Of a DNA stretch of 64,000 nucleotides, positions 1 through 11,992 are shown in pieces (position 1 is the stretch's first letter; every line of letters starts with the position of its first letter). Position numbers and translations under genes: made by a program. The stretch lies in sequence record OV032902.1. One strand, written 5' to 3'. Under the pieces are notes generated by a model. That model was not told the origin of the DNA. It saw only the letters and a program-made list of their open reading frames with translations, and ran no database searches.

Positions 1-1
1 T

Positions 2-112
2 GCGGGAGCAACCGTTTTACTTGATCTGTCTGAAGCATGGGATTATGTAGACTCCCTACCTCCAGGTGATTACCACCACAAACACTTTGACCGTATGTTT
101 AAGAAGGACTAG
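2..112 (+). CDS. 3' end of a hypothetical protein (partial, runs off window start)
   Basis: Open frame AGATVLLDLSEAWDYVDSLPPGDYHHKHFDRMFKKD ending TAG at 110-112, just before the next ATG. Confidence 0.6.
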   Translation, partial: AGATVLLDLSEAWDYVDSLPPGDYHHKHFDRMFKKD

Positions 113-114
113 TT

Positions 115-426
115 ATGTTAGCTTTTCTTTTTGTTGCCTCTCTTGTAGTCAACGCCGCTTTACTTGTTCTATATAAGAGCAAGAAACGTTCTGTGCGCAT
201 TCTTAGTGAACGCAGTACACATCAGTATCGTCAACTGGCACGTTGGCGCGCTGTTCATGCTCACATGCGCAATGCCGCCTATAACCAGCAACTGGGCAAT
301 GTCGAGTACATGCAAACCATAAAGTCTGCTACTGATGCAGCATCGGAAGGAGATGAGTATGGTTTCACTGAACTCATCAAAACACTAAACGAACTAAACG
401 AGGAAGCTCGAAAATGCAAGCGTTAA
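115..426 (+). CDS. Hypothetical protein, N-terminal membrane anchor
   Basis: AAGGA RBS; hydrophobic residues 1-20 followed by basic KSKKR. Confidence 0.75.
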   Translation: MLAFLFVASLVVNAALLVLYKSKKRSVRILSERSTHQYRQLARWRAVHAHMRNAAYNQQLGNVEYMQTIKSATDAASEGDEYGFTELIKTLNELNEEARKCKR

Positions 427-1032
427 TGGAAACAGTATCCACCAACATCTACTTCTACATGATGGTCGCCTTTGGCGTATTGGCTTTTGTCTTTATGTGT
501 ATTGCCGGTCGCAAGCACAATCAAGTAATTGAACGTGACGACCAGTTATCCAGGCTCCGCGTTCATTGCTATGGCATCCGTGAAACTCTGACTACGTTAC
601 ATGCTAATCGTCTCGATTTGCCTTTGCCTTATGTTTGTGCACTCAGCAATTACATGCACGAACTACAATTAACGCTAGTAGATAAGTTCCGTCGTGAAAT
701 CCTGGAGCGAGACTTTGATCAGTTAAACGAATTCGTTCTTTATCTTCAGCGTACACAGGAACGAAGAAAGTTTGTTTTCTATATTACTGAAGGGAAGTAC
801 TACCTAGTAGATACACGAACCAACAAAGCTCATACATCCTCTGCTACCGCGATCATCTTAGATGGCAAAGAAGCTGATTGTAAAGTAATGGAAGTATGGA
901 TTGATCGTGAAGCACAATGCCTCAAGATGTTCGACCCTGATGGTACACTGCATGTCCCAAGTTTCTGGATTGCGGCATTCCCTGACGAGTACGACTTTGA
1001 GAAAGGTCTTCAAGAAATGGAGTTTAAGAACT

Positions 1033-1052
<20 letters not shown>
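414..1052 (+). CDS. Hypothetical protein, N-terminal membrane anchor
   Basis: 212-aa ORF overlapping neighbours; TM segment IYFYMMVAFGVLAFVFMCIAG; start 414 or 426. Confidence 0.75.
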
Positions 1053-3562
<2,510 letters not shown>

Positions 3563-3604
3563 TCCCCCATTTCATTGAATTCAAATAACTACTGGAGAAA
3601 TACC

Positions 3605-4111
3605 ATGCAATTCTTTCCGTTCAACCAAATCCAAAACGGCGTTTTCTTGATCAACAATATGAATGGTCTAAACCAACTACGTGACCAAGGCGCGCTGTCT
3701 CAGGCGAACTATGAAGCTCTATTGCAGACTTCTCCGTGGCCTATTCTTTACATTGCTTCTGAGCAAGGTCTAGCGGCAATGGTTCCTTGGGATGTACTTC
3801 AAGAGTACGCTAGCCAAGAATTCTGGATGATTGACGACAACACAACTGCCAATCAAATTCACGAGGTACTAACGTTCATTGGCGAAAAGCCAATGCATAC
3901 TGTTTGTAGGAAGTGCTGGGAAAAAGACGGCACTATCGTACACTGGAAAGACTTCGACGGTGAAGTTATCGAAACATGTCCAACATGTAAGGGCGAAGCT
4001 CTTAAAGAAGTACCATACGACCGTGAAGAAATGATTACTCACTTCAAAGCGGTTATCAAACTAAGCCCATCTAAGAAGGAGAAGCTACGTGATTTCGAAT
4101 TTGGTTCCTAA
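3605..4111 (+). CDS. Hypothetical protein with C-terminal CxxC..CxxC zinc ribbon
   Basis: GGAG RBS before ATG 3605; CRKC...CPTC. Confidence 0.7.
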   Translation: MQFFPFNQIQNGVFLINNMNGLNQLRDQGALSQANYEALLQTSPWPILYIASEQGLAAMVPWDVLQEYASQEFWMIDDNTTANQIHEVLTFIGEKPMHTVCRKCWEKDGTIVHWKDFDGEVIETCPTCKGEALKEVPYDREEMITHFKAVIKLSPSKKEKLRDFEFGS

Positions 4112-5069
4112 GACGCTTGACGTAAAGCATAATGAATCGTGGGCAGACGTCCTACTTAAAATCAATGCCATGATGGATGACGTTAAAGTTTCTGACTTTG
4201 ACTACATGCGCATCTATCGTGGCGACGATAAAGAGACTCGCATTAACTTCTGCGGCGAGCCACGTACTCTTGAGTTCGTGGTTAACGTGGACCTTCCGTT
4301 CTACGATCATTATCAGCAGCAGTCTTCTTCATTTCGCTATTTCCTATCGATGGACTTTACAAGTCTTCCAGCTAACAGCTATAAGGATGATCCCGTTGAA
4401 GTTCCTATTCTTTGGGAAGAGCGTGAAGAAGAGACTCCTTTCGATATCACGTACTTCGGATGGAATGAGTTTGCCGATGCAGTTCGCTGGTACAAACGTA
4501 TCAGCAAGGACACGTGGTATGTCCATAACGCATTAGGTCTGCTTCAGCTGTATGCGGTAAATGGTTTATCTAATAAACCTACACGTGGTCTTCGCTTCCC
4601 TGGTACAGTGACATTACGTCATGACCAAATTGCATACGTCGGCTTTACTAAGCAGATGACTATCTTTCCTGCACCTCAGATAGATATCACTAAGGACGCC
4701 TGGAAGCTTCTTCAAGAAGACTTTCATAAAGTTCTTAAGGAGAACTGTACGTCTGAGTTTGCCGGCGAGAAAGCTTGTCGTCTTTGTAAGAAGAATGGCA
4801 AGGAGACTATTGTTCTGGACTGGGTTAAGAAATGCCCTACCTGTAACAATATGACCTTTGACTGGGCATTCTCTGCCGAGGGTCATCAGGTTCCATATCT
4901 GGCAAACGTCATCCAAAAGCTGGCATTTGAGTTCGGACATGAACCTGCTACCTATGAAGATGTCAGTGACATTCCTTCTCCGGGCAGTAAGAACATGAAG
5001 CTCAAAGTTCGACTACCAATAGGATTGCGTGCCTTCGATGGAGATGCTAGCTCTAAACCTAAGGCTTGA
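4089..5069 (+). CDS. Hypothetical protein with CxxC..CxxC zinc ribbon
   Basis: 326-aa ORF; CRLC...CPTC. Confidence 0.7.
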   Translation: MISNLVPKTLDVKHNESWADVLLKINAMMDDVKVSDFDYMRIYRGDDKETRINFCGEPRTLEFVVNVDLPFYDHYQQQSSSFRYFLSMDFTSLPANSYKDDPVEVPILWEEREEETPFDITYFGWNEFADAVRWYKRISKDTWYVHNALGLLQLYAVNGLSNKPTRGLRFPGTVTLRHDQIAYVGFTKQMTIFPAPQIDITKDAWKLLQEDFHKVLKENCTSEFAGEKACRLCKKNGKETIVLDWVKKCPTCNNMTFDWAFSAEGHQVPYLANVIQKLAFEFGHEPATYEDVSDIPSPGSKNMKLKVRLPIGLRAFDGDASSKPKA

Positions 5070-5526
5070 TAAATCCGTGGTTTATGGTTTCCGAGGACGA
5101 TACGGGTTTCTATCTAACATGGCTAGATTAGATAACCCTATTGTCCTTAAAGACCCTGACGGCAATGATGTGAAGTTTCCTACGGTCGAACATTTCTTTC
5201 AGGCTGTTAAGTCAGAGGATTGGGATGACCGTAAGTATGTCGCCGCTATCAAAACTCCAGGTGAAGCTAAGAAGTGGGTTTATGCCAACGTAGCTACACG
5301 GGATGATTGGGACGACATTCAGATTGGCGTCATGTACCACGGATTAAAGTGGAAGTTCTCTGAGAATAATCCGACTATCCTGGAGAAAGCCAAAAAGCTG
5401 AAAGGTATGACTTTACTAGAAGCGAATATGTGGGGTGATCACTATTGGGGTGTCAACCACTTAACGGGTGACGGAGAAAATGTTCTCGGTCGCCTTATCA
5501 TGAAACGATTAAGAGAGATATTGTAA
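5029..5526 (+). CDS. NADAR family protein (YbiA / T4 gp30.3-like)
   Basis: YGFLSN, FPTVEHFFQAVK, PGEAKK, DW, KF, LLEAN.WGDHYWG, GENVLGRLIM are NADAR hallmarks; exact start uncertain. Confidence 0.88.
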   Translation: MPSMEMLALNLRLDKSVVYGFRGRYGFLSNMARLDNPIVLKDPDGNDVKFPTVEHFFQAVKSEDWDDRKYVAAIKTPGEAKKWVYANVATRDDWDDIQIGVMYHGLKWKFSENNPTILEKAKKLKGMTLLEANMWGDHYWGVNHLTGDGENVLGRLIMKRLREIL

Positions 5527-6101
5527 TGAGAGATCCTAAAGACGATGTTGGCCGAATTATTATGTTCATTGAGCGCCACGTAGAAACTAAGGGCATCTGC
5601 ACAATTGCCAAATGTATCGATACAGATGTTTTCTGGTTATACTACAGAGACCCAGAAGGACAGGAATACATGGTGCATCCAGCACTAGGTGCTTTCCCTA
5701 TCAAGAAACAACAACTCATGGAATACTTTACGCTTTATCAAAAGGCAACTAAGCAGTTAGTTACTTTTGGTACGCATTTTGAATTACATGGCGTTGGAGC
5801 TAAAGGCAAGACGGATATTCTTAAATATAATCTGCCTGGTCTTAAGCGCTTGAACAATCGAAACGATGGTATCTTTATTGACTGTGTGACAGGTGACGAA
5901 ATTAAGATACGTCGTCAGATGCGCACAGAAGTTCTTCCTGACTATCGCTTCAATGCAGGCGAAGTTAACAAAGAACTAATCATCGGCACCAAGCTATGCA
6001 AGTTTGGCAGAAGTCCTCGTGACATTTACAACAAAGACTTCGTTATTCTTCCTGAGTCGCATCTCATGTATCGACTAGTCGAAAAAGGTAAGAAAGTATG
6101 A
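5526..6101 (+). CDS. Hypothetical protein
   Basis: 191-aa ORF, TAATG-coupled to NADAR. Confidence 0.7.
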   Translation: MRDPKDDVGRIIMFIERHVETKGICTIAKCIDTDVFWLYYRDPEGQEYMVHPALGAFPIKKQQLMEYFTLYQKATKQLVTFGTHFELHGVGAKGKTDILKYNLPGLKRLNNRNDGIFIDCVTGDEIKIRRQMRTEVLPDYRFNAGEVNKELIIGTKLCKFGRSPRDIYNKDFVILPESHLMYRLVEKGKKV

Positions 6102-6283
6102 CGTTAACTATGGCAGTGACGGTGTCGGTAATCATCTATGGTCTTCTTTTAATAGGCATAGGTATTATCGTCAGTGATCTTCGAAAGGGCAATCCTATCG
6201 GAACTATCTTTCCATTAATCGTAGTCGCGTATGGTTTGCTAGCAGCCTGGCCGTGGTCATATATGGTCTATGACTTGATGTAA
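6098..6283 (+). CDS. Small two-TM membrane protein
   Basis: 61 aa, two hydrophobic segments, ATGA overlap with the upstream gene. Confidence 0.65.
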   Translation: MTLTMAVTVSVIIYGLLLIGIGIIVSDLRKGNPIGTIFPLIVVAYGLLAAWPWSYMVYDLM

Positions 6284-6330
6284 AGGAGATGCCTTCGGGC
6301 ATCTCCTCATCTTCTCTTATTTTTTTTTTT
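6284..6330 (+). terminator. Rho-independent terminator
   Basis: AGGAGATGCC-TTCG-GGCATCTCCT then a pyrimidine/T tract. Confidence 0.8.
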
Positions 6331-6386
6331 TATTTTTTACCCACGTCAGAAATATGATGTATACACCAACCATCAAGGATATAGAC

Positions 6387-7061
6387 ATGTCTAAAGGAAA
6401 ACTAATATCGTTCGACGGACTGGGCGGTAGTGGGAAATCGACACAGATCGAATTGCTTAAGAAAGCATTAGAAGAGAAAGGCTACAACGTAGTCGTTCAA
6501 AAGTTCCCTAACTACGATAGTCCTACCGGCAAGATTATCAAAGAATACCTAGACGGAAAGTTTGGCGAGAATATCCCACCAGACTTCGTACAATCACTGT
6601 ACGCACTTGACCGTGTTGCAATGAAGGATACGATAGCTACGTTCCTTAATCGCGGCGTATGGGTCATTCTGGACCGTTCTGCATATTCTGGCCTTGCATA
6701 TCAAAGTGCACGCTACTCGTTAGAAAACTTGTATTATCTGTCATTCATTGACGAGTGGGCAACAATTGAGTTTGAAGCCTGTGGTATTCGTGTACCTGAT
6801 TTACGCATCTATCTTCGTACTGACCCTGACGTTGCTATGAAGGCAATCGAAGAGCGTGCTAAGCTAGAAAAAGACCAAGGCAAAGATGTTCATGAAAATG
6901 ACGTCGAGCTTAACAAAGCTATCGTCAAATCTTTTGAGCATATTTCACTTCAATTCAGCCTAAAGCGAATTAACGTTTTGGATTCGAAGGGTCGTATGTA
7001 CGAACGCGAATATGTCCATGAACGAATCATGGAGAAAGTTGAACCTCACTTCCTAGGGTAG
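6387..7061 (+). CDS. tmk: Thymidylate (dTMP) kinase
   Basis: LISFDGLGGSGKSTQ P-loop, FP.Y, LYALDR, VILDRS..S..AYQ, PDL.IYL; AAGGA RBS before ATG 6387. Confidence 0.95.
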   Translation: MSKGKLISFDGLGGSGKSTQIELLKKALEEKGYNVVVQKFPNYDSPTGKIIKEYLDGKFGENIPPDFVQSLYALDRVAMKDTIATFLNRGVWVILDRSAYSGLAYQSARYSLENLYYLSFIDEWATIEFEACGIRVPDLRIYLRTDPDVAMKAIEERAKLEKDQGKDVHENDVELNKAIVKSFEHISLQFSLKRINVLDSKGRMYEREYVHERIMEKVEPHFLG

Positions 7062-7065
7062 AGTC

Positions 7066-7503
7066 ATGGATTTAAAGCAATTAGAGGACGAGTGGAAAGT
7101 TACCGAAGTCCTGTTCCATCAGTTTCTAGGTGACGAACACACCGAACACATCAGAAAGAAACTTATCTGTATGTTCTATTCCCGTTGGATATGTAAAGCA
7201 CGAGTACCGTTGTTTCTACTCAAAGGCTTAAAGAATGCACGTCCACAAGTTCTCTCTCGCTTCCTGAGAGACACGGAGAACAACGATGAGTTCTTTGTCT
7301 TTGCGATTGATCGCCTATTGCGCAAAAACGGCTATCAGGGCATTCCAAGCACAACTAAGTTGGTTAACTTGTCTGTGATACTTGGAGACTATGCTCCTGT
7401 CGTTATGGCACTCGATAACAAAGACGGCAATCTGAATGAGAAGCAGCTTGCACATCTAGCGAAGATCGCTGAAGAACTATCCGGTAAATCACGCCATAGT
7501 TAA
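7066..7503 (+). CDS. Hypothetical protein
   Basis: 145-aa ORF between tmk and a terminator. Confidence 0.7.
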   Translation: MDLKQLEDEWKVTEVLFHQFLGDEHTEHIRKKLICMFYSRWICKARVPLFLLKGLKNARPQVLSRFLRDTENNDEFFVFAIDRLLRKNGYQGIPSTTKLVNLSVILGDYAPVVMALDNKDGNLNEKQLAHLAKIAEELSGKSRHS

Positions 7504-7505
7504 GA

Positions 7506-7546
7506 TAACCCTGTCCTAGTTGGGCAGGGTTAATCTGTTATTTTTT
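7506..7546 (+). terminator. Terminator
   Basis: TAACCCTGTCC-loop-GGGCAGGGTTA then TTATTTTTT. Confidence 0.7.
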
Positions 7547-7619
7547 CCCTATTCATAAAAAATGGATACGGGCAATAATTTGAACTACAACCAACCATCT
7601 ATTGTTAAGGTATAAAACA

Positions 7620-8447
7620 ATGACTGATATTCAAGTTACAAAACGTATTGGCACTTCCGAACCATTCATGGAAGAGAAAATCCATAAGGTAGTTACGTGG
7701 GCCGCAGAAGGTCTTCAACACGTATCGGTTAGCCAAGTTGTTATGTCTGCTAAGTTGCAGATTCAAAACGGTACTGCGACATCAGATATCCACAGCGCAC
7801 TAATCAAAGCAGCTGTTGGTCTTATCACTGAACGCGCACCTGATTACCAAATCCTAGCAGGTCGCCTAATGGCGTTCTCTATTCGTAAACGTGCTTATGG
7901 CAAGTACGAACCATTCACTCTAAAAGAGCAAGTGCATCTTATGGTTGCAGATGGCCGTTACGACCACACTCTTTTAGAAGACTACACTGACGAAGACCTA
8001 GACCGTCTTAACCAGTACATCAAACACGACCGTGACCTTTCTATCGGTTGGGCAGGTATGGCACAGCTTAACGATAAGTATCTTGTGCAAGACCGTGACA
8101 CTGGCGAAATCTTTGAGTCTCCTCAGTTTATCTACTTCCTAGTAGGTGCTACATTGTTCTCTAAATATCCAGAGCCAATGCGTACTGAAAAGATCATCCG
8201 TTTCTACGAAGCAACATCTACTGGCCGTTCGTCTCTACCGACTCCTATCATGTCTGGTGTACGTACATCTCTGCGTCAGTTCTCATCTTGTGTTGTTATC
8301 GAAGCAGACGATTCTATCCGTGGTATCGGTGCAGCAGCAACAGCTGTAATGATCTACGTAGCACAGCGTGCAGGCATCGGTCTTAACTTTGGTGCTATCC
8401 GTGCTAAAGGTTCTAAGATTCGTGACGGGTCTACTGTACATACGGGT
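7620..8447 (+). CDS. nrdA: Class Ia ribonucleotide reductase alpha subunit, exon 1
   Basis: ATP cone (VTKR.G..EPF), ESPQ, SLPTPIM.GVRT..RQFSSCV, GIG; ends ...VHTG at the intron 5' splice site. Confidence 0.95.
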
Positions 8448-9495
8448 TAATTCGTAGCCCCTTCTAGGAGTAATCCTAGTCGATCACCTCTCTAAACGAA
8501 GGAAGTCCCATGTGGACAACTATCGTGCTAAATTAAATCAATGTCCTCCAATTAAAAACAGGAGGCATCTATGGGAAAATGGATATCTCTTGAAGAAGTT
8601 CAAGAAATAAATAAGGCTATTCAAAAACATACTGATCCAGAAATAAGAAAGAAATTTAATATCACTAAGCGTCAACTGGACTCACTTAAAAGTAATTACG
8701 GTCTAGTGAGAAACTGGTGGCTTTTCTTTCCTACTTTTCCTGGAGAAATATGGAAACGAATAAGAAATTCCGATACGGCGGTTTCTAACCTGGGAAGATT
8801 CAGAAGACTTAGGTCTGGAAAAATAATCCAACCATGGGAAGGAAGCAAAGGAAAATATCTTTATCTGGAAATAACCAAAGATAAAGAATTAAAAACCGTT
8901 CTTGCGCACCGCATGGTGGCAATTTCTTTCGTTAAAAACCCAAACCCCAAAACCAAAAAAGAAGTTAACCATCTGGATGGCAATAAAAGAAACATTTTGC
9001 CAGAAAATCTAGAATGGTGTACCCCAGAAGAAAACGTTCGACATGCTATAGAAACTGGCCTGAAGAAACCTAATCTGGGATTAAGTAACGGAATGTCTAA
9101 ACTCAGTCTGGATGAAGTCATAGCTATACGGTCGTGTACTACCAGCAGAAGAGTTAAAGAACTTTCTAAAACTTTGAATGTCAATGAAAAGACGGCGTTA
9201 AAGTGTTACTACAAATTAACTTATTTGGATATTGATTTATAAAAGCGTAACGACTATCGAAAGCATAACATAAGAGAAAGACTTATGTGAAGAAGCGAGT
9301 AGAGTACGGCCCAAGTGGGTGGACGTGAGAGTCCTTAAATGGAAATGGGAGGGAGCCTTTAGTTGGTAAAAGATTAAAGGTTCATGACATAGTCTCGACA
9401 GCAATTTCTTTGGGAATGGAAATTGTATTCTATGGTAACATAGAGCTGCGCGTAATGGCGCGGGTCAGAAGTAACGATTCTGACTGAAGATATCG
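8448..9495 (+). mobile_element. Group I self-splicing intron (1048 nt) with homing endonuclease
   Basis: P1 GGGU|UA-AUUCG-UAGCCC with U.G at the splice site; P4/P6-like CTCTAAACGAAGGAAG and CGTGCTAAAT; P7 GACTA (9252) pairs with TAGTC (9390); terminal G9495; splicing restores in-frame HTG-VVQFLK. Confidence 0.92.
8571..9242 (+). CDS. Intron-encoded HNH homing endonuclease (NUMOD4 + HNH, I-HmuI-like)
   Basis: VSNLGR, HRMVAISF..NP...EVNHLDGNKRN...NLEWCT.EEN..HA; GGAGG RBS; AT-richer, AGA/AAA-rich codon use. Confidence 0.92.
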   Translation: MGKWISLEEVQEINKAIQKHTDPEIRKKFNITKRQLDSLKSNYGLVRNWWLFFPTFPGEIWKRIRNSDTAVSNLGRFRRLRSGKIIQPWEGSKGKYLYLEITKDKELKTVLAHRMVAISFVKNPNPKTKKEVNHLDGNKRNILPENLEWCTPEENVRHAIETGLKKPNLGLSNGMSKLSLDEVIAIRSCTTSRRVKELSKTLNVNEKTALKCYYKLTYLDIDL

Positions 9496-10950
9496 GTCGT
9501 ACAATTCCTTAAGGTATTCGAAGCAGCGACTGGTTCATGTGCACAAGGCGGTATCCGTAAAGGTTCTGCGACTTCTTACTACCCGTTCTGGCACCGTGAT
9601 GTTCTAGAGTTCCTACCGCTTAAGAACAACCGTGGTACAGAAGAAAACCGCGTACGTCACCTAGACTATGCAATCCAATGGAACCGTCTATTGTTCGAAC
9701 GCATTAAAGCAGGTAAAGAACTAACCTTGTTCTCTCCGGCAGATGTTCCTGAGTTGAAGAAACTATTCTTCTCTGACGACTACGAAGGCTTTAAAGCTGA
9801 GTACGAGCGTTGTGAAGCACGTGACGATTTAATCGTTGAGAAAGTATCTGCTCTTGAGCTAATGCAAATCTTTATCCGTGAGCGTTCACAAACTGGTCGT
9901 TACTACTTCCAAGATGCTTACCACACAAATGCACATACACCGTTCAATCCAAAATATGCACCTGTGCGTCAGTCTAACCTGTGTCTAGAGATTGCTCTAC
10001 CAACTGAGCCTCTTGTACGCAACGTAGACGACGAAGATGCAGAGATTGCACTGTGTACTCTGTCTGCACTTAACTGGCTGGTTATCAATACCGAAGAAGA
10101 GATGGAAGAAATCTGTGACATCGTTATTGAAGCATTGGATATGGTTCTGTCTTACCAGGACTACCCACTGGCTGCGGCTGAGCGTTCTGTTCGTAAATAC
10201 CGTCCACTTGGTGTTGGCGTAATCAACTACGCTGCTGACATTGCACGTCACTCTTGGAAATACGGTGACCGTGAAGCATTGAACTACACTCACCGTAAGA
10301 TGGAAATGATGCAGTACTACTTAATGAAAGCATCTGTTCGTCTAGCGAAAGAGAAAGGTCGCTGTGACGGTTACGAAAACCTAAACATCGCTAACAACAA
10401 GCTGGTGATTGATTCATACTGTAAGAACGTTGACGAACTACACGACGAAGTTCTACATATGGATTGGGATAGCCTGCGTAAAGATATCGACAAGTACGGT
10501 ATCCGTAATGCAACAGTAACTGCCCTAATGCCATCTGAAACTTCTTCTCAAGTTGTTGGCGCTACCAACGGCATCGAGCCACCACGTAGCTACGTAACAG
10601 CTAAGAAGTCTAAGTCTGGTGCATTGTCGCTAGTTGTTCCTAACCCTGAAAAGCATTTGCATGATTACACTTATGCTTGGGACATGCCGAACAACAAAGG
10701 TTACCTACATACGGTTGCGGTATTCCAGAAGTTTGTTGACCAAACTATCTCGGCTAACTTCTACTACGACCCTAAGAAGTACCCTAACGACTTGGTACCA
10801 ACTAAGGTCATCATGGCCGATATGGCTCTATGTCAGAAGTATGGCATCAAGACCGGTTACTACCACAATACCCGTCCAGCTGGCGAAGATAAGATGACTA
10901 TCATCGACGACGCTACAGAGGACTGCGGTGGCGGCGGTTGTAAAATCTAA
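9496..10950 (+). CDS. nrdA: Class Ia ribonucleotide reductase alpha subunit, exon 2
   Basis: SCAQGGIRKGSAT, LKNNRGTEENRVRHLDY, SNLCLEI, ALCTLSA, RPLGVG, MPSETSS, NGIEP, KTGYY, C-terminal CGGGGCKI; spliced product 760 aa. Confidence 0.95.
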   Translation, partial: VVQFLKVFEAATGSCAQGGIRKGSATSYYPFWHRDVLEFLPLKNNRGTEENRVRHLDYAIQWNRLLFERIKAGKELTLFSPADVPELKKLFFSDDYEGFKAEYERCEARDDLIVEKVSALELMQIFIRERSQTGRYYFQDAYHTNAHTPFNPKYAPVRQSNLCLEIALPTEPLVRNVDDEDAEIALCTLSALNWLVINTEEEMEEICDIVIEALDMVLSYQDYPLAAAERSVRKYRPLGVGVINYAADIARHSWKYGDREALNYTHRKMEMMQYYLMKASVRLAKEKGRCDGYENLNIANNKLVIDSYCKNVDELHDEVLHMDWDSLRKDIDKYGIRNATVTALMPSETSSQVVGATNGIEPPRSYVTAKKSKSGALSLVVPNPEKHLHDYTYAWDMPNNKGYLHTVAVFQKFVDQTISANFYYDPKKYPNDLVPTKVIMADMALCQKYGIKTGYYHNTRPAGEDKMTIIDDATEDCGGGGCKI

Positions 10951-10960
10951 CTAGTTCTTT

Positions 10961-11010
10961 AGCCCCCGGAACTAGATGGTTGGTCAAAAGGTTTTGGGGG
11001 CTCTTTTTAT
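10961..11010 (+). terminator. Terminator after nrdA
   Basis: AGCCCCCGGAACT pairs with GGTTTTGGGGGCT, followed by CTTTTTAT. Confidence 0.6.
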
Positions 11011-11022
11011 TCGGAGCTAAAG

Positions 11023-11409
11023 ATGGACATTCAACAAGAATTTACTGTAAGTCGCCATATGGAATGGGTTGACTTTAAAGGACAAAAGTGTCTTAAGTCT
11101 GGGTCGACAATTGTCACTATACCCGCTTTAATCGAACTTGTTCATAACGAACTGAATCGCCAAGGTTACGGTGTGCCTTTAAATCTAGACGGCCTCTTCC
11201 TGGCTGCCGCTGATGCATTACGAACACCGCGTGGTCATATTCGTTTCGTTGAGATCAAGGAAGAACTTAAAGAAGATTATGAGATACTTAACGTTCATAG
11301 ATACCTTGAACAAAGCTACGCAGTTACGGTTGCGTGTCCATTCTTTGCTGACATTACCATCAATGGTCAGCGCGGCTTTTGTTGTCAGATTGTGGGGACA
11401 TTCCGATGA
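11023..11409 (+). CDS. Hypothetical protein
   Basis: GGAG RBS, 128 aa. Confidence 0.7.
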   Translation: MDIQQEFTVSRHMEWVDFKGQKCLKSGSTIVTIPALIELVHNELNRQGYGVPLNLDGLFLAAADALRTPRGHIRFVEIKEELKEDYEILNVHRYLEQSYAVTVACPFFADITINGQRGFCCQIVGTFR

Positions 11410-11990
11410 GTAGTTTTACGCTCGGCTTAGATGCCGAAATCGATATCGACGAAGAAGGTTTCGTCTCTTTTAAAGCTGATGATGAAAGCTTTGTATTTCA
11501 CATCAATGAAATCGTAGCAGCTATCCATGATGACCCTGCTGGCACAAAAGCAGACATTATGATTTCTGCAATGGCTTGTCAATATGACGAAGCTAAACTC
11601 TTTTCCAAACTAGCAAAGGACCGCTACTATGTTCAATCTGAAATGTATACTGGCACTGTCACTGATAGCTCAGACAATAGCGTCTCGTTCGACAACATCA
11701 ACATCGTCGGCACAAACAGAACAATCGAATTAGTTGTAGACGAAGTACCATACATAGACGCAGGCGATGAAGTTTTATTCTGTGAGAAATGGAATCTAAA
11801 ACTTACTGCCACTAAGCGCATGCGTGGTAGCTTCTTCTTAAGCATGGCAAAAGCACAAAACATAGATCTAGAAAACGTTACACGTGAAGACCTAGACAAA
11901 CTTGTGAGTACTACTTATTTTACTAAGAGAACTTCTACTCGCGTTCAAGTCGAACTAGAAGGCTCTGCTATCCACTTTAAAGGATGTTAA
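11406..11990 (+). CDS. Hypothetical acidic protein
   Basis: ATGA overlap at 11406; 194 aa, abuts nrdB. Confidence 0.7.
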   Translation: MSSFTLGLDAEIDIDEEGFVSFKADDESFVFHINEIVAAIHDDPAGTKADIMISAMACQYDEAKLFSKLAKDRYYVQSEMYTGTVTDSSDNSVSFDNINIVGTNRTIELVVDEVPYIDAGDEVLFCEKWNLKLTATKRMRGSFFLSMAKAQNIDLENVTREDLDKLVSTTYFTKRTSTRVQVELEGSAIHFKGC

Positions 11991-11992
11991 AA

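Noticed and set aside
6318-6340. Long T homopolymers (also 32010-32035, 44520-44532) as phase-variation tracts
   Set aside because: All are intergenic, directly after terminator hairpins
7602-8450. nrdA pseudogene with premature stop
   Set aside because: The TAA is the first intron bases; removing 8448-9495 restores a full-length in-frame NrdA
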